Of a stretch of DNA of 64,000 nucleotides, positions 40,276-51,142 are shown piece after piece. Made by a program: the position numbers and the translations under genes. Each line of letters begins with the position of its first letter. Positions within the stretch are counted from its first letter, which is position 1. The notes beneath the pieces are model-generated. The model saw only the letters and a program-made list of their open reading frames with translations. It was not told the origin of the DNA and did not search any database. This stretch comes from a virus (taxonomy: Duplodnaviria; Caudoviricetes), in the IMG/VR virus record IMGVR_UViG_3300036770_008730. The stretch is one strand, 5' to 3'.

Positions 40276-40965
40276 TTAAATTTTAACAAATGATAATGTA
40301 AAATAATAATCCATAACATAAGTTGATGATGATTTTTCCTGATTAAAGAAAGCACGTATTGTTGAACCATCAAAAGATGTCTCTGTTTGAACTTTTTTCA
40401 TAATGTTTTCTTTTATATCTATATCATTTTTCCAGGTATTTTTATATCTCAAAACTGACTGGTTTCTTAAATCTCTATATGATATGTATAAGATAAGTTG
40501 ATCAAGCTTGTATCGATTCAAAACATTATAGTTTATATAGTTAGTCAATGCTACATTAACATCATTTTCTATAGTCATAGAATTTTGAATACCTTCAAAA
40601 GTTCTGTATCTTTTCATGGTTGAAAAAATATAGTCTGTTAATATGTTTTTCAAACTAATATCTAATATCCATTTTGTATTATTATTTCTATCATAATCAT
40701 TTTGCGAATCATCTATCACTAAAGTGTGATTTTTCGATTTACTATCACTAGATGAGTATATTATTGAAGGTAGTGTTGATTCAATAGAAAGATCAAGTTG
40801 TTCTCCATTTCTTCTTTGATAATAAACTATATTCTGATTTTCAATCATTATACTATCTTCTACATCGAGCATTTTTGCGCAGAAAAAATTACTTTCCTCA
40901 ACCATATTATATGTTCCATAAACTTTTTTATTTATGTATTCTGGTGATATGTATGTTCTTCTCAT
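40276..40965 (-). CDS. Putative virion structural protein
   Basis: 229 aa, last gene of the minus-strand structural cluster. Confidence 0.5.
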   Translation of the reverse strand: MRRTYISPEYINKKVYGTYNMVEESNFFCAKMLDVEDSIMIENQNIVYYQRRNGEQLDLSIESTLPSIIYSSSDSKSKNHTLVIDDSQNDYDRNNNTKWILDISLKNILTDYIFSTMKRYRTFEGIQNSMTIENDVNVALTNYINYNVLNRYKLDQLILYISYRDLRNQSVLRYKNTWKNDIDIKENIMKKVQTETSFDGSTIRAFFNQEKSSSTYVMDYYFTLSFVKI

Positions 40966-43900
40966 AATGTACTTAAATTTTCATCTATATCTGTCTCTGT
41001 ATCTGTTCCTAATTCAATTGGCGGTCTTCCAATTTCACCCAATACTAGTGGATTTGATGTGACACCATTCTCAAACGAAATTTCTTCGATTGCGACCTCC
41101 GATGTTTTAACATCTGATGCTACAAATGTAGGTATGTCTTTTTTAATAGTTTCATTTAATGATGTCTCAACATGATAAGATAAATCCCAAGTAGAACAGA
41201 AAATGAAAAAGTCATCAGTAGTATATCCAAACTCATCCAACATTGGGTAGATAGATCTATTATCTTTTGAATTTTTTAGTTTGAGTATATTACCCTTTCT
41301 ATTTACTTTCGATATTCTTCTTTCTTTCATAGTTCCAAAAAAAGTTAAACTAGTATCAAATTTATAATTTCCTATTTTTTCAACTTCGTATTTTTTCTGA
41401 AATAATTCAATATCATAGAAAAGTGGTGTGTATTCGCCTGAATATCTATATATTCTATTCTCTGTGAAACTTCTATTACCATGATAGTTTTCCAATACCT
41501 TTGGTTGAAATTTATTTTCTTCTATTCTTGCACCCACTGCTAAGTTATTGTAGTAATTTAATTCTTGAAAACTATTTATCTGACCATTTGATAATGATTT
41601 TCTTGCGTTTAAATCACCTGTTAGTTGAACTGGTATATATCTTAGTGAGTCTACTTTTATGTCTAAGTCTTCTGCAGTTTCACATATTATCATATATGGC
41701 AAATTTTCTATGTTATGTTCATAGTTATACTTATTTATTTTACCATTTTCATCTATCACCACATAAGATACATAATCTGTGAATCCAAATTTATTTCTTA
41801 TATCATTAATTGATAGTATAAAATTATTCGCGGTCAGTTTTTTATTTATATCATTATAAAGTATATCTCTTTCTGAATTTGAGATGTTTTGTAAAGTGTT
41901 ATCTGCGATGTTAATGTTTATTAAAATATTCTTCCACTTTTTATTGATATAAATTATGATCCCGTTATCAAGAGTAGAATTAGTATTATTTGAATTTATT
42001 AAATAATATTTATTATTCATTCTTATTATTGGATTCCCCAAGTAAGTGTTTTGATAAGCCAGTGATGTATCTGGTTCTAGACTATAAAGTCTTTCCCATA
42101 ATTCGCTTATTCCAGGCTCTTGGCCAGCTGGTAATGAAACACCAGATGCATACAATATGTCATTATGTACAACATATCTATAAGATCCAAATGAAACTCT
42201 ATATTTTCTACTTGGATTCCAAATTTCTATAGGATTCCAATTTGGATCAGAGGATTGAGTAGCGACCCAATATCTCTGCCAACTATTTGATACCCTCACC
42301 TCTTCTATATTGTCCGGTGATTGATAGTTACTCGAAGTCATGGACATAAAGTACTGGTTTTTGAACAAAACCACATCACCGGTATTATACCCTATAGTAG
42401 ATGAAATATTAGGATTCCAAAAATCTTCAGATCCACTGTTTTCATATAGATAATATTCTCCACTATTATAAACTATTTTATCATAGAAATTAGATGATGC
42501 TGAATTGTATGTTTTCAGAGGTGACCAGAAGATTGAATATGTCATGTTTAAAAATGCCCACTCTATTGTATTGTTATGAGGAGCTGATTTTACATCTTTA
42601 GAACCAACCTTAGTTGTTGGAAATCTTATCTCATTTTCTATTTGTGAAATATAAAGAATGTCATCAAAAACACCGATTGAACCAACTGGGTAAGTCGTAT
42701 CCATTTTCCACTCATCTATAATTGTCCAATTCATACCATTAGCAGATTGGACTACTTGACCTGAATCATTTACAGACCAGTCGTTATCTGAAAGCAAAAT
42801 TGAAAATTTATAGTTATCAAATGTGTTTGAGTTTTTCAAATTTATATCTAAATCACCAGTATCTGATTTTTTAATTGATTTAACATCATAAATAAAAAAT
42901 TTAATACCTTTGAAAAGAGTAAGATTTGGAATTACATTATCACCACTATTTAATATTGAATATTTTTTTGAGTTTTTTGAAACTTTACCATTATCAAAAA
43001 CAACCTTTCTATCAAAAATATGTGAAAAATAGTCATAACTATATGTTGCTGAGCTACTACCAGAAGAATAGGTCGCGACTGATAGATATTTATTTAATTC
43101 AAATCTAAAAGTAGAATCAATTGAATTCGAATTTGTATATGAACAAACATGTAGTGAATGATGTGTGTATGAAGATGTTGCTAAATTTATAGTATAGAAA
43201 TAATCTAAATTTCTTTCTATTCTTTTTGGATCTCTCTCATATGTATTTGTAGTCCTATTAAAATCTTCGAAGATAGTTGAATTGTTCAACAGATAGGGAT
43301 AATCATTCGAAGAAAGTGAATTCTTGAAAGCCCATCTACAATGTAGAGAGTTTTTCTTCCATAGTTCTGTTAGTCTATTATCTTCTATTTTAAATGTTTC
43401 TAAATTAGCTGTATATTCTGAAGATGTTGGTATATTTACCACTTTTCCTTGATATTTAAAATCATCAAAGGTTGGTGGTATTACTCCACTATTTAAATCT
43501 ATTAAATACATTTTAGACTCATCAGTAGTTGTTAGATCTTCTTTCTTTTCATATTCAAATTTAGAAAATTCAGTATCGATGATTCTATCATCAAAGTCTT
43601 TTATATCTGATAGTTTTATTCTATAGATTGACCATTTTTTTGGTGGATTATTAGCATCAACTATAGTACTTATAACTTTAGTTGTTCCAGCAATTGTGTA
43701 TTCATATTTATTCGGACCATAGTTGAATGAATAGTCTGAAATTATTTTTAGAGATCCACCTCTTGACTTTATTAATTTATGATAAATTCCATCAATCTCT
43801 ATAATCCATATATCAGCCTCATCAAAGTTTGGAATCGAGATAAAGGTATTATCATAATTTTTTAATGTTGAGTTTGCATCTATATATCCAAAGTTTTTAT

Positions 43901-45092
43901 TTATAAGAGACTCTTTTCCTTTAAGATCTATATCAGAAATAATTCTATAACGAGTGCTGTAAGTTTCTAAAAATTCTTCCACAGAGTACTTAGGTGTATT
44001 ATTAGAAGAATTTCTTAATAAATTTGTTCTTGGTTTAGGATTTTTAACAAGATTTCTACCTTTTGATTGTGTATATTTTTCCACTTTGTAGAATTGACCA
44101 AGATATTCTATATAAAATACCTTTGAATCTGACCATCCTTCTAAAAATGGATCCTCACTACTAGGAGAAAATAGTATATTACCCTCGGTAATTACTACAT
44201 CATTTCTTAGAAATGGAGCTATATAAGGTGAAACCGCATGAACTAATTCTATATCTTCAACATAGAATCCTAAATATCTATTTATAGACCACTTTCTTTT
44301 GAATTCTGGAGTAGAAGGTTCATCATCGAATAGAAAAGAAAAGTTAAGAATATTTGCAACCACAACTTTCAAGTCTCTAAACTTATCAAAAATAAATTTT
44401 TCTAATTCAAATATTTCTTTCTCTTCATCTAATATATCATCAACAAATAAAGAGTTGCTTACATATCCACCGCTTTCAAAATTTATTCCATTCCATCTAC
44501 AAAATTCAAGCTGCCTAAAATCCATTTCTAAAGGAGCATTTGGGAAAAAATTATTTTTTTCACTAAAGTTTGTCTCAAGCCACTCACCTAAAATTGTTTT
44601 TTTTGTTAAGTCAAAAATTTTCACAACTTTCATTTTTGAAAGTATCTCTGTTGCAAAATTGTTCTTATTTAAAGAAATAACACCAGGTCCATCAACTCTA
44701 AATATTATGAAGTATTTAGGCAGAGATCCTTTCTGAATATAAAGAGGTGCGAAATATTCAAATTCTTCTTTATAGTTTTTATTGTTTGTTATATTTCTTG
44801 CACCATATTGATAAATTTCATCATATTGTGATGAAAAATCAGACCCCATAATTTCTTGGTCTTCATCATTTTTTATGTAATATGCGGTATCTGAAGGAAT
44901 TCCATCAAAGAAGTATTTTATGAGTTCATCATAATAATTTTTCTTATTAAATGAAACTTTTTTAAGTTTATCTATTGATAATTCAGGTTTAGAATCTATA
45001 GAATCTAAGGATAAATTATAGTTGCTATCAACCATAATTTTGATGTTTGTTGTTAAACCAACATTTGTTCTAAGTAAACCAAAACTTGCCAT
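40962..45092 (-). CDS. Giant putative virion protein with CBM5/12-like aromatic repeats
   Basis: 1376 aa; WKMDTTYPVGSIGVFDDILY, WNP...YNTGDVVLFKNQYF, WNPSRKY...VVHNDILY. Confidence 0.55.
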   Translation of the reverse strand: MASFGLLRTNVGLTTNIKIMVDSNYNLSLDSIDSKPELSIDKLKKVSFNKKNYYDELIKYFFDGIPSDTAYYIKNDEDQEIMGSDFSSQYDEIYQYGARNITNNKNYKEEFEYFAPLYIQKGSLPKYFIIFRVDGPGVISLNKNNFATEILSKMKVVKIFDLTKKTILGEWLETNFSEKNNFFPNAPLEMDFRQLEFCRWNGINFESGGYVSNSLFVDDILDEEKEIFELEKFIFDKFRDLKVVVANILNFSFLFDDEPSTPEFKRKWSINRYLGFYVEDIELVHAVSPYIAPFLRNDVVITEGNILFSPSSEDPFLEGWSDSKVFYIEYLGQFYKVEKYTQSKGRNLVKNPKPRTNLLRNSSNNTPKYSVEEFLETYSTRYRIISDIDLKGKESLINKNFGYIDANSTLKNYDNTFISIPNFDEADIWIIEIDGIYHKLIKSRGGSLKIISDYSFNYGPNKYEYTIAGTTKVISTIVDANNPPKKWSIYRIKLSDIKDFDDRIIDTEFSKFEYEKKEDLTTTDESKMYLIDLNSGVIPPTFDDFKYQGKVVNIPTSSEYTANLETFKIEDNRLTELWKKNSLHCRWAFKNSLSSNDYPYLLNNSTIFEDFNRTTNTYERDPKRIERNLDYFYTINLATSSYTHHSLHVCSYTNSNSIDSTFRFELNKYLSVATYSSGSSSATYSYDYFSHIFDRKVVFDNGKVSKNSKKYSILNSGDNVIPNLTLFKGIKFFIYDVKSIKKSDTGDLDINLKNSNTFDNYKFSILLSDNDWSVNDSGQVVQSANGMNWTIIDEWKMDTTYPVGSIGVFDDILYISQIENEIRFPTTKVGSKDVKSAPHNNTIEWAFLNMTYSIFWSPLKTYNSASSNFYDKIVYNSGEYYLYENSGSEDFWNPNISSTIGYNTGDVVLFKNQYFMSMTSSNYQSPDNIEEVRVSNSWQRYWVATQSSDPNWNPIEIWNPSRKYRVSFGSYRYVVHNDILYASGVSLPAGQEPGISELWERLYSLEPDTSLAYQNTYLGNPIIRMNNKYYLINSNNTNSTLDNGIIIYINKKWKNILININIADNTLQNISNSERDILYNDINKKLTANNFILSINDIRNKFGFTDYVSYVVIDENGKINKYNYEHNIENLPYMIICETAEDLDIKVDSLRYIPVQLTGDLNARKSLSNGQINSFQELNYYNNLAVGARIEENKFQPKVLENYHGNRSFTENRIYRYSGEYTPLFYDIELFQKKYEVEKIGNYKFDTSLTFFGTMKERRISKVNRKGNILKLKNSKDNRSIYPMLDEFGYTTDDFFIFCSTWDLSYHVETSLNETIKKDIPTFVASDVKTSEVAIEEISFENGVTSNPLVLGEIGRPPIELGTDTETDIDENLSTL

Positions 45093-45093
45093 T

Positions 45094-48000
45094 TTATAAT
45101 ACTGATAAATTTGATGGTACTACTACTTTTTTAAGTACTACTTTATTTCTGAATAAGTTGAACTTGACAGTAAATGTAAATGGTCTATTTTCTGACTCAT
45201 TTTCTAAATAAAATTTAATCTTTTTAACATGTTTTACTGTATTTTGTATATTGTTGAAATCAACATATCTATAGTTCAGTCCTTTTTGATTTATATCAAG
45301 TGAATTTACTTTGAAATAAATGTTTATAGGTATAATTATTGAGTTTTTATCACCTGGATCTATCTCTTTAACTTTTTTGGAGTTATTCTCCACAAGAGTC
45401 TCAAGATCTTTTACAACAGGATGTATTGTTGTTAAAAACTTTGTTGTTGATGCAACAGATACTGTAGTATCAACCCACTTTGAGCTATCAATAAGTGATT
45501 TGTTATTTCCTACAAAACTTAATATTGATGTTTCATTATATCCAATATTGAATTCATTTGAAGAAAGCACATTGGTTATTGAATTATTATTATTTCTAGT
45601 GAACGAGTTACCAATATTTTCTGATAACTTTGTAACAGCATTTTGTGTAATTGCGTCATAATTAGTCATCCAAATAAATTGATTATCCAAATGACTTCTT
45701 GTTTGTCCACTTGAATCAGAAGTTATAAGTTCATGTCTATCATTAACCCAGAATGTCTGAGGCGCACCAGTGTTATAAAAGTCAGGATTTTGTAGGTATG
45801 TTCTGCTGGAAATTAAACCAAGTGGTGATTGAGTTGCTCTGTTTCTAACTTTTATTACAAAGTCTTTAATCACATATACATTGTTAGCATACACTCTACC
45901 TGTATTTACTCCTGTTCCAGAGAATACATCCATATAATCTTCACAATCAATATTGAATGTAGTTTCAGAACCTCTACTAACTATAAATTCTTGATTATTT
46001 CTGATAATAATAACTTCAAGTTCACCTTTAGCTCTTCTTACTAATTCTTCTAATCCTCTGATTCTATCTTCAAGTGACTTTAGATATTCGAATAAATCAA
46101 GATTTATTCCGTTCTCATCTTTAAATCCTGAAATTATTTTAGTGCTATCATGATGAAAAACTTTGTTATTAAGAACAACTGTGTCTGCCAAGTGTTCATC
46201 TAAACCTCTCGAAGTTAATTCTGAAGACATTTTTATTTTCAGATCATCTTTTGTAGCTTCTTGTAAGATAAACTCGTTCTCATTAAGTACATTATTCAAA
46301 TCATCTGGAAACTCAACTGTTAGGATTTCAGACCAATCTGACTCAACTGGAGATTCTGGCCAACCAACCTCTGATATAGATTTGATTCTCATTTCAATCT
46401 TTTCATTTGTTTGAATATCTACATCAATTTGATTGATGTTTGGAGTGTCTGCGCTTTCAATATCTTCAATTTGCCAACTATACTCGTTGGTTTTTGGGTC
46501 AAATATTCTCTTTCTGGCATCAGTTTTTAACTCTTTCCAATTTGAGAAAGATGCCTTAACTCTTGTGTTAGCTCTAGCATTAACAGTTGAAATGTCAAAA
46601 GTTTCAATAGGTGATTCTCTTCCATCTTTAGATACATATCTATATTGCACTCTGAATTGTACAATCTCTTGAGGCTTTGTGCCTCTAGTAACTATTGGAT
46701 CTGGAATTGTCCAAAAACCTCTAACTCTGAATTTTGGTTGAACTTTAATTTTGGGACTTTTTGATAAATCAATAATTTCTTGAGTCAAAGCTGATTGTTG
46801 CTTTATCTTAGAGTCTTTCTTTTTTGAAAGTTCATCTATTTCTTTATTCGCTGTTCTTCTATCAGATTCGCTTTTAAATTTTGTTACTTTTGCAATTTTG
46901 TTTCTATCTTGAATTGCATTTTCAATCTGCTGAAGCTCTGATTTAATTGAGTTTTGTAAATTAAATTTTTGCTTTATTAAGTTACTATCTGGAGTATCTG
47001 TTAAGTGTTTATTAATTTGAACTACTTTGAAATTTGCAGCATTAAGTGTTGGTGCAACTGGTGTACCAGCTAAAGAGTTAGGTGTTTTTTTTGCGACTAA
47101 ATCTTGTAATACAACCCCATAATCATAAACAACTTCTGTGTAGTATTGCTCCATTGTTTTACCATTGTCTGATGTATCCGCACTAAGTCTCAGATCATTT
47201 GACCAGTATCCTGTTCCAAGAGACCATCTTCTAGCTACTAGATGATTTTCAGTGTTTATTGGCTTCATGAATACAACATTTCTTTCATTGTAACCAACAC
47301 TTACTTTAATTTTTTTGGATTGTAATATAGGTGAGTATATTTTCAATGTTCCTATTCCTACTCTTAGTGGTTCTATTCCCTCAACTCTTTCAAATCTTAC
47401 TCTTGGTAAAGATTGAGATGTATTGACTTCAATTACTTTGTATCTTGTTGAAGTTTGTGAAATGTTGATTATAACTTCGTCACCTGCAGTCAACTTACTT
47501 GTTGTGTTTGTAGCAATTACTAAGTAATCTAATGTGTCAAGCACATACCACAATTTTCTATTAATTCTGTCTTCTTGAATTCTAATTATACTGAATACAC
47601 CATCATATTGTAATTCATTTGGTAGTAAATCAAAAACTTGCTCATCATACTTTGGATTTAGTGGTTCTATTACACCAGGTGTGGTAGAGTGCCAATTAAG
47701 AAAATCCTGTAAAACAATTGTTGCATTTCCTCTGAATTGAGAATTAAAACTATTCAAAGCTGACTGACCCACTGGAGTAAATCCACCTGTTGAATCTTTT
47801 GCAAAATTTACAATATATCTTCTAACTAAACACTTTCTTACATTACTTTCTACCTGTGATGTTATATCAAATTCTACCGAAAGTAAAGGATCTAATAAAC
47901 CATCAAAAAACCAATTAACATCTGATTTGAATTGAGTCACTCCACCTAAAGATGTCAATGGAGCGGGTTCTCTATTTAAATCTACAGTAATAAGTTTTTT

Positions 48001-48279
48001 GAATTTATTTGCATTAGAAGTTTGTATTAATGACCCATTTGCGTCTATACCATATAAAGAATTAATGTTATTATTCAGTCTGTCAATTTCAGATTTGAGA
48101 GCTGCGAATGATGGTAGATTAAAACTCCTTAAAACACCAGCATCGTCAAAAACCTGGATATTAACCGATGGTTCAGTTGTAGTTATTAGTGTATTAATTT
48201 TTGTGAGAATATCTACTACATTTTTATTGTAAGATACAATTTGGTCAGCCACTTTAGGAAATGTACTTTGTATTGCCAT
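45094..48279 (-). CDS. Large putative virion structural protein with coiled coils
   Basis: 1061 aa; FN3-like RIKSISEVGWPESPVESDWS; late motif upstream. Confidence 0.55.
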   Translation of the reverse strand: MAIQSTFPKVADQIVSYNKNVVDILTKINTLITTTEPSVNIQVFDDAGVLRSFNLPSFAALKSEIDRLNNNINSLYGIDANGSLIQTSNANKFKKLITVDLNREPAPLTSLGGVTQFKSDVNWFFDGLLDPLLSVEFDITSQVESNVRKCLVRRYIVNFAKDSTGGFTPVGQSALNSFNSQFRGNATIVLQDFLNWHSTTPGVIEPLNPKYDEQVFDLLPNELQYDGVFSIIRIQEDRINRKLWYVLDTLDYLVIATNTTSKLTAGDEVIINISQTSTRYKVIEVNTSQSLPRVRFERVEGIEPLRVGIGTLKIYSPILQSKKIKVSVGYNERNVVFMKPINTENHLVARRWSLGTGYWSNDLRLSADTSDNGKTMEQYYTEVVYDYGVVLQDLVAKKTPNSLAGTPVAPTLNAANFKVVQINKHLTDTPDSNLIKQKFNLQNSIKSELQQIENAIQDRNKIAKVTKFKSESDRRTANKEIDELSKKKDSKIKQQSALTQEIIDLSKSPKIKVQPKFRVRGFWTIPDPIVTRGTKPQEIVQFRVQYRYVSKDGRESPIETFDISTVNARANTRVKASFSNWKELKTDARKRIFDPKTNEYSWQIEDIESADTPNINQIDVDIQTNEKIEMRIKSISEVGWPESPVESDWSEILTVEFPDDLNNVLNENEFILQEATKDDLKIKMSSELTSRGLDEHLADTVVLNNKVFHHDSTKIISGFKDENGINLDLFEYLKSLEDRIRGLEELVRRAKGELEVIIIRNNQEFIVSRGSETTFNIDCEDYMDVFSGTGVNTGRVYANNVYVIKDFVIKVRNRATQSPLGLISSRTYLQNPDFYNTGAPQTFWVNDRHELITSDSSGQTRSHLDNQFIWMTNYDAITQNAVTKLSENIGNSFTRNNNNSITNVLSSNEFNIGYNETSILSFVGNNKSLIDSSKWVDTTVSVASTTKFLTTIHPVVKDLETLVENNSKKVKEIDPGDKNSIIIPINIYFKVNSLDINQKGLNYRYVDFNNIQNTVKHVKKIKFYLENESENRPFTFTVKFNLFRNKVVLKKVVVPSNLSVL

Positions 48280-48299
48280 TTGAATACTTCTATTTTTTT

Positions 48300-48308
48300 T
48301 ATATATTA
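48300..48308 (-). promoter_or_regulatory. Putative phage late promoter TAATATATA (minus strand)
   Basis: Exact motif 20 nt upstream of the ATG at 48279. Confidence 0.55.
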
Positions 48309-48378
48309 AATTTTACTTATTTCTTTGCTGGAAGTTTTACTTTTTGCATTTTCAGTATATTTATTTTTAGAATGACCA

Positions 48379-48408
48379 TTGTCAAATCAATTTTTTTTAT
48401 TATATTTG
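48379..48408 (+). promoter_or_regulatory. Bacteroidota sigma70-type promoter (TTG-N19-TATATTTG)
   Basis: TTG 48379-81, TAnnTTTG 48401-08, ATG 4 nt later. Confidence 0.7.
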
Positions 48409-48412
48409 TAAT

Positions 48413-50233
48413 ATGATTGAACAACTAAAACAACAAATTATCAAAGCAAATGAAGCTTATCGTATTGGTAAGTCAATTATGTCAGACTCTCAATATGACC
48501 AATTAGTTGAAGAGTTATCTTTATTATCACCAAATGATGAACTTCTAACAAAAGTTGGACATACTCCGTCTGATGAATCTCGTAAAAGTCGTCTTCCAAT
48601 AGAAATGGCTTCTATGAATAAAATAAAATCTATTGATGATGTAAATGATTGGTGTCGACTAAAAGGTATTTCTAAAAATGAATTAGTTGTTATCACTCCT
48701 AAATACGATGGTCTTTCTCTTTGTGTTAATGAGAAAACTGGCGAAGCTTGGACACGTGGTGATGGTACAATAGGTCAAAAGTCTGATTCTCATTATAAAT
48801 TTATCGGAAATCACTTATCTAAAACTTCAAAAGTTCAATTTACTTATGGTGAAGTTATGATGTCTAAAAAGACATTCATTGAAAAATATTCATCTGATTT
48901 TGCTAATCCCAGAAATCTTGTCGCTGGACTTCTCAATTCTAAAGAAATTTCAGAAATACTAAAAGATACTAGCTTTATTAAGTACGGTTCAATCACTGAA
49001 AATAATTTCACAAAAAAAACCGAGTTGTTAGACCTTCTAAATCAAAATCAATCAATTAAAGTTCCTTATCTTGTTTGTAAAATTTCGGACATCACTGAGC
49101 AATTTCTAATTGATGCCTTTAAAGATTTTTCTATCGAATATGAAATTGATGGTCTAATAATTGAAATAAATGACCTCAATCTACAAAATCAATTAGGTAG
49201 AGAAACCTCTTCGAATAATCCTGTTTGGGCAAGAGCATTCAAACATCCTTCTTTTGAACAATCTGCTGAAACCGAAGTTATCGGTATCACTTGGAATATA
49301 TCAAAACAAGGCTTACTTAAACCTACTTTACATATCAAACCTGTTAAACTTGACGGTGTTACTGTTTCTAACGTAACTGGTAATAACGCCCGATTTGTAA
49401 AAGATTTAGGAATTGGTGTAGGAGCCAAAGTTGTAGTAAAGAGAAGTGGAATGGTCATTCCAATTATTGCTGATGTTATTACACCGGTTGAATTCAAAAT
49501 GCCTGATGTTCCGAATATTGATTGGAATGAAAACGGAGTTGAACTTATCACTTTGACCGAAACAGATGAGCAAAAGTTAAAAAAGAATATCTCTTTCTTT
49601 GAGATATTAGAAGCTGACAACGTGTCAGAAGGAGTCATTACCCAATTATGGGATGCCGGATATAAAACTATTAAAGACATTCTAAATCTTAAAACTTCTG
49701 ATTTAGAAAAAATTGACCGTTTTGGAAAGAGAAAGGCACAGATTGTATTTAATTCTATTCAGAAGTCAATTAGTGGTGTTTCTTTATCAAAAGTTCAACA
49801 CGCGACTGGAATCTTTAAAGGATTAGGTAGTAAAAAGTTAGCACTTTTAGAACACTTTACAACTAAACCAACTGTTGAAGAAGTCATGCAAATTGAAGGT
49901 TTTGCAGAAGTATCTGCTAAATCTTATGTAGATAGTTATGATGAATACTTTAATTTTGTTAAAGATTTACCGATTAAAATTGAAGAAAAAATAGAAGTTG
50001 CTAAAACTGGTACGGATCTTGATGGGACACAATTTGTATTCACAGGAGTAAGACGAGCTGACTTAGAAAGTATTATTGAATCTCGTGGTGGTAAAATCGG
50101 AAGTGGTGTTAGTAAGAATACTACACACTTAGTGATGAAGGCTGTTGGTTCTGGTTCTTCAAAAGAAAAGAAGGCTCAGGATTTAGGAGTTAAGATTATT
50201 ACTGTTGATGAATTAGAAAAAATGTTATCATAA
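48413..50233 (+). CDS. ligA: NAD-dependent DNA ligase
   Basis: YDQL, MASMNK, PKYDG, TRGDG, NPRNLVAG, EIDG, OB fold, HhH motifs, C-terminal BRCT (FVFTG...SKNTTHLV). Confidence 0.95.
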   Translation: MIEQLKQQIIKANEAYRIGKSIMSDSQYDQLVEELSLLSPNDELLTKVGHTPSDESRKSRLPIEMASMNKIKSIDDVNDWCRLKGISKNELVVITPKYDGLSLCVNEKTGEAWTRGDGTIGQKSDSHYKFIGNHLSKTSKVQFTYGEVMMSKKTFIEKYSSDFANPRNLVAGLLNSKEISEILKDTSFIKYGSITENNFTKKTELLDLLNQNQSIKVPYLVCKISDITEQFLIDAFKDFSIEYEIDGLIIEINDLNLQNQLGRETSSNNPVWARAFKHPSFEQSAETEVIGITWNISKQGLLKPTLHIKPVKLDGVTVSNVTGNNARFVKDLGIGVGAKVVVKRSGMVIPIIADVITPVEFKMPDVPNIDWNENGVELITLTETDEQKLKKNISFFEILEADNVSEGVITQLWDAGYKTIKDILNLKTSDLEKIDRFGKRKAQIVFNSIQKSISGVSLSKVQHATGIFKGLGSKKLALLEHFTTKPTVEEVMQIEGFAEVSAKSYVDSYDEYFNFVKDLPIKIEEKIEVAKTGTDLDGTQFVFTGVRRADLESIIESRGGKIGSGVSKNTTHLVMKAVGSGSSKEKKAQDLGVKIITVDELEKMLS

Positions 50234-50646
50234 TGGCACTAACTTGTCCTAAATGTGAGAGATTAAATAAGTGCAACTGTAAGAGTTGCAATCCAGATGG
50301 TACTGCAACAGATTTAGTTATCATTCTTGAAGATGAACAACTATATCAATGTTGCTTTTGTAGTCATAAATTTGATGAACAAGATTCATTAGATTTTGAT
50401 TGGGATAGAATTCACCAGAACTTTAAGAAAAGTATTACACCGGAAATGGCTCTTCATTGGAAGATAATGACTAAATTTGGAACAAAAACAGAATTGAAAG
50501 AGTATCAAGGCTCGATTGGTTCTTATGGATTTGAGTCTGCCTTTTTTCAACATTTTGGAATTAGACACAATAATTGTGGTCATAAAGAATTAGAACAGAT
50601 TAAATTGCAATTAGAAAGAGATAAAAAATTAAATAAAATAATATAA
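50233..50646 (+). CDS. Cys-rich Zn-binding protein with C-terminal RDKKLNKII motif
   Basis: CPKC...CNCKSC...CCFC. Confidence 0.65.
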   Translation: MALTCPKCERLNKCNCKSCNPDGTATDLVIILEDEQLYQCCFCSHKFDEQDSLDFDWDRIHQNFKKSITPEMALHWKIMTKFGTKTELKEYQGSIGSYGFESAFFQHFGIRHNNCGHKELEQIKLQLERDKKLNKII

Positions 50647-50647
50647 T

Positions 50648-51142
50648 ATGGGTTGTGACATACATTTTTTCACAGAGAGGTACACTGCCTCTAATAATTA
50701 CGAAGGTCCAAAAGATTTGGCAGAAGATAGAAATACAAAAATAGAAGAAGTTATTGATGGAAAACCACTATCAGAAAGATGGGTTTCTGCTGATGGGTGG
50801 TCACTGGATGATAATAGGTGGGTACACGTGGAAAAATTTTGGTCAAGAAATTACTATCTTTTTTCTATATTAGCTGATGTTAGAAATGGTGGTGATGTAG
50901 AACCTATTTCTTATCCAAGAGGAATCCCTCGTGATGCCTCATATGGTTATAAATATTCAGTAAAACAATGGGATAGTGATGGACATTCACACTCTTACTT
51001 CACTCTTCAGGAGTTGTTAGATGTTGATTGGATTCAATATGAAAAAGAATATATTGAAGACTTTCTTAAAGTGATTGATGAATTGAGGTCATTAGACCCG
51101 GACACAAAAAAAGTAAGAATTTGTTTTTTCTTTGATAACTAA
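50648..51142 (+). CDS. Conserved phage hypothetical protein (MGCDIH-type)
   Basis: MGCDIH...RNYYLFSILADVR...PRGIPRD...HSHSYFTLQELL...RICFFFDN. Confidence 0.7.
   Translation: MGCDIHFFTERYTASNNYEGPKDLAEDRNTKIEEVIDGKPLSERWVSADGWSLDDNRWVHVEKFWSRNYYLFSILADVRNGGDVEPISYPRGIPRDASYGYKYSVKQWDSDGHSHSYFTLQELLDVDWIQYEKEYIEDFLKVIDELRSLDPDTKKVRICFFFDN

Noticed and set aside
17705-50233. Inteins in sbcC, primase or ligA
   Set aside because: Protein lengths are normal for the families, with no C...HN-[CST] splice blocks or LAGLIDADG inserts.
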